Origin: a bacterium
Lineage (GTDB): Bacteria; Zhuqueibacterota; Zhuqueibacteria; Oceanimicrobiales; Oceanimicrobiaceae
DNA length: 26,191 nucleotides
Direction: 5' to 3'
NCBI GenBank assembly: GCA_046757025.1
Contig: JBHHXN010000063.1
Coordinates: forward strand, 1-26,191
Positions 17,738-25,619 of the stretch are shown piece after piece. The first letter of the stretch is position 1. Each line of letters opens with the position of its first letter. The notes under the pieces are model-generated. The model worked only from the letters and a program-made list of their open reading frames with translations, did not search any database and was not told where the DNA came from. A program made the translations under genes and the position numbers.

Positions 17738-18700
17738 TCATTGCACAACGATGTGACCGTGCATGCCTGCTTCCTGGTGTCCGGCAATGGTGCAGATTAC
17801 TTCAAATTCGCCCGTTTTAGTGGGCACCAAAAACAATTCCGTGTTGCCGCCAATCAACAATTCTATGGCATTAAAATACGGGACTTTGATTTCAGCATAA
17901 GAGTCTTCGGCTTTTCTGGTGACAACGGATTTATAAAAATCAGTACAGGTGTAATAGTGCTTGCTTTCATTGGAGCCGTCGTTGACCAGATTGATTTTGT
18001 AACCGGTGTCTTTCGTCAAAGTCAACGTTTCGGGATCAAACGCCAGTGAGCCGTCGGCGTTTTCAATCATCTGTACTGTTACTTCCTGAGCAGTTGACCA
18101 GACCGGATTGGAACCCGAGGTTCTGGCGTCCGTGGTCAATCCCATGTCAAAATTGGTATCTACTTCCAGATCAAGTTCATAACCTTCGCCACCTGTAACC
18201 GTAATTTTGCCGGTCATGCCGGCTTCTTTGTGGCCGGTGATGGTGCACAGAAAATCGTACGTACCAGCTAATACGGGAATGAAATAAAGCTCCACCTCGC
18301 CGCCGATCAACAGCTCCACTGCTTTAAAATAGGGTGCCTTGTATTCGGCGTCCGGTGTTTGCACCTTACGCGTGGCAATGGCTTGAAGAAAGTCCTTGGC
18401 GCCTTCAGTGGCAAAATAGTGCTTGCTTGAATTTCCCGCTGGATTCGTAAACTTCAGCACGTAAGGTTTGCCGGCTTCCAGTGTGATTTCCGAAGGTTCA
18501 AAATGAAAATCATTTGCGGATTCTTCGTGCATGGTGACCACGATGGTGGTCTTCGCATCCCAGTTGGCGTTGGCGACCCAATCAGACGCTTTCACCCAGG
18601 GGGATTCTTCCGGGCCGGTTGAGGAATCGCCCTTACAGCCGAGAAACAGCCCGATGAGCAGCAGGGCTGCGACGACACTGAATAATTTGATTAGTTTCAT
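17738..18700 (-). CDS. Tandem two-domain cupredoxin lipoprotein
   Basis: Start at ATG 18700 (GGAGG SD); lipobox FLGC. Two repeats of F.P...TL......SKHY...(V/I)ELLIGG..EL...P...G with loops CTITGHKEAGM and CTIAGHQEAGM (C-x4-H-x4-M). Confidence 0.9.
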   Translation of the reverse strand: MKLIKLFSVVAALLLIGLFLGCKGDSSTGPEESPWVKASDWVANANWDAKTTIVVTMHEESANDFHFEPSEITLEAGKPYVLKFTNPAGNSSKHYFATEGAKDFLQAIATRKVQTPDAEYKAPYFKAVELLIGGEVELYFIPVLAGTYDFLCTITGHKEAGMTGKITVTGGEGYELDLEVDTNFDMGLTTDARTSGSNPVWSTAQEVTVQMIENADGSLAFDPETLTLTKDTGYKINLVNDGSNESKHYYTCTDFYKSVVTRKAEDSYAEIKVPYFNAIELLIGGNTELFLVPTKTGEFEVICTIAGHQEAGMHGHIVVQ

Positions 18701-18880
18701 TATACAATCCTCCACGATTGATTAATTTGTTAAATAAGTTTGTTAAATGTTATGAAATAGACCGGAGTCGTCAAGTACCAAATCCTGCGGCTCCTCTTCT
18801 GAAAAAAAATCGACTGCTACGGTCACCTCCCCTCGTTTCCTTTTTTATCTTTGTGAATTCATTCAGTTTGATATGTGATT

Positions 18881-19261
18881 TCAATTAAAACAGCTTATTT
18901 CCATATCTCGCAGGCGGCAGGTGATCTGCGTGAAATTCAGGATAAATCTGATCTTGGTTTCATGGTCCGATTTGAGCTTGTCAATAATTTCAACCACGGC
19001 TCTTGCGATGGTAGGTTCCCCTGAAATCTCCTGGTCCAGCTCCGATGCAAATTCCTTGATTTTTTCTATTCTAATATGCGGTTTATCATTTTTGCTCTGC
19101 TCTACGAAAAAGCGGATTTGTTCCGCTAATTTACCGTTTTCAATCCAAAAGGTAGGAGACATTTTTGCTGAAAAAAAAGAGCCGTGGCTTCCATTATTGT
19201 GAAACATAACATCGAACAGGTAATTAATAAAACAGGTTAACTGGCAACGTACAATGCCCAC
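18881..19261 (-). CDS. Possible small hypothetical protein (start uncertain)
   Basis: 126-codon ORF between a sigma-54 promoter and the tandem cupredoxin gene, in the same orientation. No SD and no recognisable motif. Confidence 0.3.
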   Translation of the reverse strand: MGIVRCQLTCFINYLFDVMFHNNGSHGSFFSAKMSPTFWIENGKLAEQIRFFVEQSKNDKPHIRIEKIKEFASELDQEISGEPTIARAVVEIIDKLKSDHETKIRFILNFTQITCRLRDMEISCFN

Positions 19262-19307
19262 TTGCTTAAATTCAAACGAACTAACTGGACGTGCCGGTGT
19301 TGTTTGG

Positions 19308-19322
19308 GCAAATGAAGTGCCA
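19308..19322 (-). promoter_or_regulatory. Sigma-54 (-24/-12) promoter facing the cupredoxin genes
   Basis: Minus strand TGGCAC-TTCAT-TTGC, with exact GG-N10-GC spacing. Confidence 0.85.
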
Positions 19323-19432
19323 ATTATTTATTCGCAACAAAATATCCGTGCTATCTTGTATAATTACAGGGAATTAAATCGATTATTACTTATGGAAGCG
19401 AGGGCAAGCGAATCGATGGGGATTTGTTAAAT

Positions 19433-19470
19433 GTGTCATGAAACACGACAAATGTTGTGTTTCATGACAC
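19433..19470. promoter_or_regulatory. Double palindromic upstream activator site
   Basis: GTGTCATGAAACACGACA-aa-TGTTGTGTTTCATGACAC: inverted 18-bp arms (17/18 match), each arm itself TGTY-N9-GACA. About 110-150 bp upstream of the sigma-54 promoter and downstream of the NtrC-like gene. Confidence 0.75.
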
Positions 19471-19630
19471 TTCATGGACGATTACGGGTGTGAGCGTATG
19501 GAAACATAACTTATTTTTTAATGAGTTAACGGAGTTTGTTCAATTTCTTGAAGTGGTCGCCGTGAGAGAATTGTAATGAAATAAGACAGATCGCTGAAAA
19601 GGCCGGGAGAGTTTTTCGGCTAAGGGGCTG

Positions 19631-21001
19631 TCAGGCAGGATATTTTATGTTGTACAATTCCAGTTTTTTATACAAGCGCGTTCTCGAAATGCCTAATAAA
19701 GCCGCGGCTTTGGATTTGTTGCCTTTTGCCGCGATCAAAGCTTGTTCAACGGCGTTTCGTTCTGTGCGGCTCAGCGTGCTGACGGTATCCCCGCTGACCA
19801 CGAGCTGTGCCGAAGGTTTCACTTCTCGCTTCAAAATGGCGCGCACATCTTCGAGCCGGATTATTTTTTCGATCCCCATCACGTAAAGCCCTTCTATGAA
19901 GTTCTCCAGCTCGCGGACGTTTCCCGGCCAGGCATACTCCATCAAAATGTTGACCGCCGGCCTTTCGATACCTTGAATTTTCCGATGAAAAACCCGATTG
20001 AATTTTTCGATAAAATGCCGCACTAAAAACGGAATATCGGTCTGGCGTTCTCTCAGTGGTGGAATCGTAATGACCACCACACTGATTCGGTAAAACAAGT
20101 CCTGGCGCAGCTGCCCTTGCTCCAGGGCCTGCTCAATCTGCCTGTTGGTGGCAGACACTACCCGCACATCGATGGGGATTTCTCGCGTGTCGCCCACGGG
20201 ACGGATGACCATTTCCTGCAAAACCCGCAATAGAATGACCTGCACCTCTTTTGGCATTTCAGCGATTTCATCCAAAAAGATGGTGCCTTTGTGGGCGGAA
20301 CGAAACAAGCCCGGAGTGCTTTTATCCGCCCCGGTGAAAGCCCCTTTTTTGTGACCGAACAGCTCACTTTCAATGAGCTCTTTTGGAAGGGCACCGCAAT
20401 TGACCGGCACGAACGGTGCCGCCGACCGCCTGGAATTTTGGTGAATGGCCCGGGCAATCAGCTCTTTGCCGGTCCCGCTTTCGCCGATTATCAAAACCGA
20501 GCTGTCGCTGCGCGCGGCGTGCAAACCTTGAGTGAAAATATCCAACATCTGCTTGCTCTTGCCAATGATATTGTCAAAGCCGTACTTCTCTTTTAACTGT
20601 GTGCGCAACTGTGCTACTTCGCCCCTCAACTGCCGGCTTTCGATTATCTTTTTGATCACGTGCAATAGCTCGTCTTTATTAAACGGTTTGGTGATATAAT
20701 CGGAAGCGCCGATTTTGATGGCTTGCACGGCATTCTGGATAGTGCCGTAACCGGTCATGACGATGACATCGGTTTCAGGGCTTTGCTGTTTAATGCGTTT
20801 CAGCAGTTCGATGCCGTCCATGACCGGCATTTTTAAATCAGTTAACACGATGCTAACCGGTCCATTGCGCGACAGGATGTCCAGAGCCTCCTGCGCGGAA
20901 TACGCCACCAATGCGTCGAATTTATTGCGTTTGAATAGTTTAAAACAGTTATCCGCCATGTCACGGTCGTCTTCGACGATCAATATCTTGAAATCATTCA
21001 T
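19631..21001 (-). CDS. Sigma-54-dependent NtrC/AtoC-family response regulator
   Basis: REC (ILIVEDD, LTDLKMPVMDG), GESGTGKE, PVNCGA, intact GAFTGA, IFLDEI, WPGNVRELEN, HTH NKSKAAALLGISRTRLYKKL. ATGA overlap with the kinase gene. Confidence 0.96.
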   Translation of the reverse strand: MNDFKILIVEDDRDMADNCFKLFKRNKFDALVAYSAQEALDILSRNGPVSIVLTDLKMPVMDGIELLKRIKQQSPETDVIVMTGYGTIQNAVQAIKIGASDYITKPFNKDELLHVIKKIIESRQLRGEVAQLRTQLKEKYGFDNIIGKSKQMLDIFTQGLHAARSDSSVLIIGESGTGKELIARAIHQNSRRSAAPFVPVNCGALPKELIESELFGHKKGAFTGADKSTPGLFRSAHKGTIFLDEIAEMPKEVQVILLRVLQEMVIRPVGDTREIPIDVRVVSATNRQIEQALEQGQLRQDLFYRISVVVITIPPLRERQTDIPFLVRHFIEKFNRVFHRKIQGIERPAVNILMEYAWPGNVRELENFIEGLYVMGIEKIIRLEDVRAILKREVKPSAQLVVSGDTVSTLSRTERNAVEQALIAAKGNKSKAAALLGISRTRLYKKLELYNIKYPA

Positions 21002-23316
21002 GCGGTTTTCCTGGAATTGTAAAAGGGCAGCGTGATGGTAAATGTGGTACCTTTGCCCGATTCACTTTCTACTTCGATGCGGCCTTTATGCTCTTTCACG
21101 ATGCCGTAACAAACAGACAACCCGAGTCCCGTGCCCTTACCAACGTCTTTATTGGTGTAAAACGGATCAAAAATTTTGTTCAGGTTTTCTTTGGGAATAC
21201 CCATGCCGGTATCGCTGACCTTCACTTGGACTTTATTTAAATTTCGACTCGTGCTGATTTTAATTTCGCCGCCATCTGTCATGGCATCTTGGGCGTTGTT
21301 CAGCAAATTAAAAAACAACTGTTCAATTTGGTTGGCGTTGCCATAAATGGCACTGCCGCGCTCATCGAATTCTGTGGAAACCGTGATGTGGCTATTCTTG
21401 AATTTTTTATGCATCAGGTCGATGATGAGGCGAATGATATCCTCTAATTTGACCGCCGATTTACTGGTGTCCGCCGGTCTGGAAAAACTCAATAATTCCT
21501 TAATAATTTTTTCACAATGATCCGCCTGACGTTCAATCCGGTCCAGATCATCGAGAATTTCTTTGTCGTCCACCACTTCTTTGGTCATTTGCGCCGACAA
21601 AATGATGGAAGCCAGCGGCGTGTTCAATTGGTGCGCGATGCCGGCAGCAAGTTGTCCGATTCCGGCCAATTTTTCAGCCTGTTGAATTTGCTTTCCCATC
21701 TTTATTTGTTCGGTCATATCCTTGCCAATGGTCAAGATACCGGTCACTTCCTCGTTTTCGTTTTTTATGGGGGAAGCAGAAATGTTGATCGGCAGGGTCT
21801 GCCCGTTTTTTTTCACAAAGTCGATTTGATAACTGTGCAGCTTTTTGTCCGTGTCTGCGACTTCTATCAACGGGCAGCGCTTTTCAACACAGCTCTTGCA
21901 TAAGGTGCAAATTTGTTTGCCGATAACCTCACTGACCTGGTAACCGAATATTTTTTGTGCACCCCGGCTGAACAGGGTGATATTTCTTTCCGTATCCAGG
22001 GTAATGATGGCATCCACCGAGCTGTCGATCAGTTTTTGCAGATAGTTTAGCGTTTTGCTCAATTCACGCGTTCTCTCAGCCACTTTTTGCTCTAAAATTT
22101 CAGCATATTCTTTAAGTTGCTCCTGGTGATGTTTGATGACGTCGGCCATGTGATTAAAGTCCACGGCAAGCTGTTCGATTTCGTCGTTCGTGTCGAGATG
22201 AATCCGATAGTCCAGATGGCCTTTGGCCAGCATTTCAGAGCTTTTGCTTAAATCTTTTATGGGGCGCGTAAATTGATTGGCTGCTACAAAACCCAGCACC
22301 AGGGCAATGGCAAAAGAGGCCGATCCGAACAACAGCACCAGTTTCATGAACGACCGGCTGGGCTGGTGAATCAGATCTTTGGAGATACATCGTAAAAGAA
22401 CTAAAAAATTGTCTTTCGAGCCGGTAAAATAGATGGGCGTGTAGGCCACGATTTTGTTCGTCTGCTCTTCGATCAGGCCCGGTTTGCCGGAAAGAATTTG
22501 CTCGTGGGCTGCCGCGGGAAAGTCCCGTTCGATGTTGCCTTCCTTTCGCAGAGCCAGTAGTTTATTCCACTCCGTTTTGTCGGAATTGTAAATGTAAAAT
22601 CCTTCGCTGTCGGCCAGAATGGTTCGGCGGCCTGCCGACACTGGCGCTTCGGCCAGGATGTCAAATAAGGTTTGCGCATACACATTGGCGATGAGAATGC
22701 CTTGCAGCTCCTCACGGTTTTTGAGGCTGTAAACCGGCAAAAAGTAGCTGATGGCCGGAATGATGCGGTCAACAAACTTTTCATTCGTCAGCTCCACCGG
22801 CGTGAACTGCAGCTCGCTATTCTGGTTGTTTTCTACGCTGTAAAGATAAAATACGTCCTGTCGTCGGGTTAGCTCATCTTGGGGTGTCACCACGGTGATG
22901 ATGCCGTCGTGTTCAATTTTCAGCATTTCGTTGGTAAACTGATCCAGAAAACGCAGCTGATAATAGACTTTTCGGTTGCTGGCGAAATCACGAAACTGCT
23001 CTTCCACCACATGCTGCCATTTTTTAATTTCATCCTTGTCTTCATTTTCCAATGCGTTGATCATCTCCCGAAAAACATAGGAATCTCTCAAATAGTAGAT
23101 ATCGCTTTTGATTTCGTTTAGAAATCTATCAACCTTGATTTGCATGTTTGAAATATCGCTCTGCAAATCCTGCAAAGAGATATCTTCCAAAATCCGGATG
23201 GTGTATTTCACTCCCCAGAAGCCGGTTAAAAGCAGTGGTACGGTTGCCAGTAGCGTAAACGCGATGGTCAGCTTGTTGCGAATTTTGAACTGTTTTAATA
23301 ATTTATTCAGGTTCAT
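20998..23316 (-). CDS. Sensor histidine kinase (TM, Cache-like periplasmic domain, TM, HAMP, PAS, HisKA, HATPase)
   Basis: Two TM helices around a ~290-aa periplasmic region; HAMP (DEIEQLAVDFNHM); PAS (SSVDAIITLD...GAQKIFGY...KKNGQTLPINISASP); H-box IAHQLNTPL; DTGMGI, FDPFYTNK, GTGLGLSV. Confidence 0.94.
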   Translation of the reverse strand: MNLNKLLKQFKIRNKLTIAFTLLATVPLLLTGFWGVKYTIRILEDISLQDLQSDISNMQIKVDRFLNEIKSDIYYLRDSYVFREMINALENEDKDEIKKWQHVVEEQFRDFASNRKVYYQLRFLDQFTNEMLKIEHDGIITVVTPQDELTRRQDVFYLYSVENNQNSELQFTPVELTNEKFVDRIIPAISYFLPVYSLKNREELQGILIANVYAQTLFDILAEAPVSAGRRTILADSEGFYIYNSDKTEWNKLLALRKEGNIERDFPAAAHEQILSGKPGLIEEQTNKIVAYTPIYFTGSKDNFLVLLRCISKDLIHQPSRSFMKLVLLFGSASFAIALVLGFVAANQFTRPIKDLSKSSEMLAKGHLDYRIHLDTNDEIEQLAVDFNHMADVIKHHQEQLKEYAEILEQKVAERTRELSKTLNYLQKLIDSSVDAIITLDTERNITLFSRGAQKIFGYQVSEVIGKQICTLCKSCVEKRCPLIEVADTDKKLHSYQIDFVKKNGQTLPINISASPIKNENEEVTGILTIGKDMTEQIKMGKQIQQAEKLAGIGQLAAGIAHQLNTPLASIILSAQMTKEVVDDKEILDDLDRIERQADHCEKIIKELLSFSRPADTSKSAVKLEDIIRLIIDLMHKKFKNSHITVSTEFDERGSAIYGNANQIEQLFFNLLNNAQDAMTDGGEIKISTSRNLNKVQVKVSDTGMGIPKENLNKIFDPFYTNKDVGKGTGLGLSVCYGIVKEHKGRIEVESESGKGTTFTITLPFYNSRKTA

Positions 23317-23335
23317 TCGGGCTCAACAAGTTGCT

Positions 23336-23965
23336 TTATTTTAAGAGTTTCGAGAGATTAGCCGGATCGCCCAGGAACAAATTGAAATTGGCGGTGACGC
23401 TGCCCTTTTCAGGCACAAAAAGTTCCACGGTACTGGTAGCCAGATTTTTGTGCCAGGTGCTCAACCGATAAGTTCCCTCCGGCACATTTGATATGACATA
23501 TTTACCATCGGCGTCGGTCAGGGCAAAATAAGGGTTTTTCAGCACGATGATGTAAGCGGACATTTCCGGATGAACGTTGCACAAGAGCACCACTTTGCCG
23601 GGCTTGTTGTATTTAACGGATTTAAAATCTCCGGGCGGATAAGAGCCCAGATTGAAACGGTTGACCCCGGATGGCGAAAAAACATTGTGCTGCACTTTGT
23701 CGCTATTCAAAAAATCCACCGTGGTGCCCACAACTATGGGCAAAATGTGCGGAATGAAAGTCAGATTCTTTTGATCCATTTTCGGGCGCACTTTCGGTGG
23801 TGGAAATTTATCTGGAGACGCCACGTCTTCGATGAATACAACAATATTTTTCGTACTGTCAACCCAATCGGATTGCACTTTTCCTTTGATTTCACCGCCT
23901 ATGGCAGGGAATATGCCGGCGCTGAAAATTATCAAACTGAATGTGATGGTATAAAAGATTTTCAT
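23336..23965 (-). CDS. Secreted cupredoxin-like protein with carboxypeptidase-regulatory-like domain (homologue of 9244-9990)
   Basis: Signal peptide from ATG 23965 (or GTG 23971); MDQKNLTFIPHILP, FLNSDKVQHNVFS, FNLGSY, loop CNVHPEM, PYFALTDADGKYVISNVPEGTYRLSTWH. The ORF is open from 24073, but that extension precedes the signal peptide. Confidence 0.87.
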   Translation of the reverse strand: MKIFYTITFSLIIFSAGIFPAIGGEIKGKVQSDWVDSTKNIVVFIEDVASPDKFPPPKVRPKMDQKNLTFIPHILPIVVGTTVDFLNSDKVQHNVFSPSGVNRFNLGSYPPGDFKSVKYNKPGKVVLLCNVHPEMSAYIIVLKNPYFALTDADGKYVISNVPEGTYRLSTWHKNLATSTVELFVPEKGSVTANFNLFLGDPANLSKLLK

Positions 23966-24146
23966 TTTCACTTTTCTTGCCCTCTCATTGTTGACACCAG
24001 TCCTGTTTGGATGAACCGAACGATGGCAAAAAGAGTTTACTATCCTTTCAGAATAATTAAACACCGATATCACATCTGCCGGCTAAGGCTCTGCCAACCA
24101 TTTATTATTTATTAAAAGAAGCATGATAATGCGACAATCGAGCATT

Positions 24147-24162
24147 TGCAACTTATATGCCA
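24147..24162 (-). promoter_or_regulatory. Sigma-54 promoter upstream of the cupredoxin-kinase-regulator operon
   Basis: Minus strand TGGCAT-ATAAG-TTGCA, with exact GG-N10-GC spacing, in the intergenic gap. Confidence 0.8.
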
Positions 24163-24212
24163 TGAAAAAGAAAACTGCGTTTTTGTTGCCCCTTTTTAAT
24201 AATGCCTGGCCA

Positions 24213-25484
24213 TCAAAACAAAAAATCCAATCGTATTCTAAAAAGACTGTCACCGCTGTTATCGAGATAAATTTCGCCTTCGTTCACCAGACGGACATTG
24301 GCGCGATACGCCAGAACCAGACCCGGCACGATGCGTTGGATTTCACGCCCATCCTGGTCCACTCGATCATACCGAATCAGAGCTATTATCCAGGGCAGCA
24401 GGAGATATTCCGCTTCCACAAAAAAAGCGTTGAAGCTGGATTCAGCCAGGTTGTTTTTAAATTCACGGCCGTGCATAAATACGCCGAACAAATTCAAACG
24501 TTGGTACCACCAATCCAGGTCGAAACCGAAGCGGTCAAAGGTATTGGATTTTTCGGAGAAGGTGCCTTCGCCAAAATATCCAAAAGCTCCGATTTTGAAG
24601 GAATCATCCTGCCAATTGCTGGTTTGCTGCAATTGCCGTGATTTTGGCAGACGGGTGGAACCGGCCACACCGAATCCGCCAAATTTATACGAAAGGCGAT
24701 AGTAGGTATCTTTGGATGAATTCGTGTCACGGCGAGGACCGCTGCCGTTGACCACCCCGAGACCGTACTCCAGTCCGCCGGTATCCGTAATGGATTTTGC
24801 GCCCCAAAGCTCAATGCCTTGCTGCCGTTGTTTAAAATTAAACCCACCGGACACCGCTCGAAACTCGGAAGTGATAAAATCAGCAGCGGTCAGGCGCCGA
24901 CTGAAGCGCGAAAAGGGCACGGAAGCCAATTCAAATCGTCCAATTTTGAGGTTGAACAAGGTGTTGCCGCCGATTCGATCAAACTGTGCAAACGCGCGTT
25001 CGAGCACAAATTCTTCATTTTCAAATGCCAGCTCAAAAAAATAAGAGAAACCGCTGCCGGCATTACCCCCTGCTAAAATTTCAATTTCCCTTGGAATGTC
25101 AAAATCACTGGTGATTTCGGCGCCCGGATTTATGAGGAAATCCCCATCCATCCTCAAAGCAATGGGGGGAAAGCCCGGCAAACGAGCGGGCCAGAAGCCT
25201 TTGGGCCAGACTTCTTTCCACTCCTCATCCCCCAATTTGACGTCGGGTATTTTTACAAACGCTTCATCTTTCGGTGGAATTCTGTAACCGTTATTTTTAA
25301 ACGCTTTGCCGAATTTATTCAATTTCGGAATCAAAACATGACAGGTGGTACAGGCGGTTTTGTAACGTCGGGCAAACGCCGGAATGGCGAAACTTTCCTT
25401 TGCAGCGCCGACCATCGAAACAAAAAAGAGGATCCAAAACCACCACCAGTGGCCACAAATCATGCGCTTGTTTTTATTCATCAT
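24213..25484 (-). CDS. Cyc2-like fused monoheme cytochrome c-porin
   Basis: Signal peptide ending SFA. Mature N-terminus IPAFARRYKTACTTCHVLIPKLNKFGKAFKNNGY fits the Cyc2-family pattern AxPxFAR...CxxCH...PxLxxFGxxFKxxG(Y/F). The remainder is amphipathic beta strands ending in RIRLDFLF with a terminal Phe. Confidence 0.82.
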   Translation of the reverse strand: MMNKNKRMICGHWWWFWILFFVSMVGAAKESFAIPAFARRYKTACTTCHVLIPKLNKFGKAFKNNGYRIPPKDEAFVKIPDVKLGDEEWKEVWPKGFWPARLPGFPPIALRMDGDFLINPGAEITSDFDIPREIEILAGGNAGSGFSYFFELAFENEEFVLERAFAQFDRIGGNTLFNLKIGRFELASVPFSRFSRRLTAADFITSEFRAVSGGFNFKQRQQGIELWGAKSITDTGGLEYGLGVVNGSGPRRDTNSSKDTYYRLSYKFGGFGVAGSTRLPKSRQLQQTSNWQDDSFKIGAFGYFGEGTFSEKSNTFDRFGFDLDWWYQRLNLFGVFMHGREFKNNLAESSFNAFFVEAEYLLLPWIIALIRYDRVDQDGREIQRIVPGLVLAYRANVRLVNEGEIYLDNSGDSLFRIRLDFLF

Positions 25485-25533
25485 CGCTGACTACGATTTC
25501 AGGAAGTGAATCGTTCTTTATTATTTGAAGTAT

Positions 25534-25619
25534 GAATGACTCTGTTGATAAAATCGAAGAAGCCTTCAAACTGAGTCCCGAAACAAGTCGGGAAAGGCGG
25601 ATTTTTCAACGGGTCATTC
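25534..25619. repeat. Long imperfect inverted repeat upstream of the Cyc2-like gene
   Basis: Nested stems GAATGAC/GTCATTC, GTTGA/TCAAC, AAAATC/GATTTT, GCCTT/AAGGC and TCCCGA/TCGGGA. Confidence 0.6.

Noticed and set aside
19593..19620. Terminator after the second response regulator
   Set aside because: Weak stem with a mismatch on the transcribed strand and no U tract.
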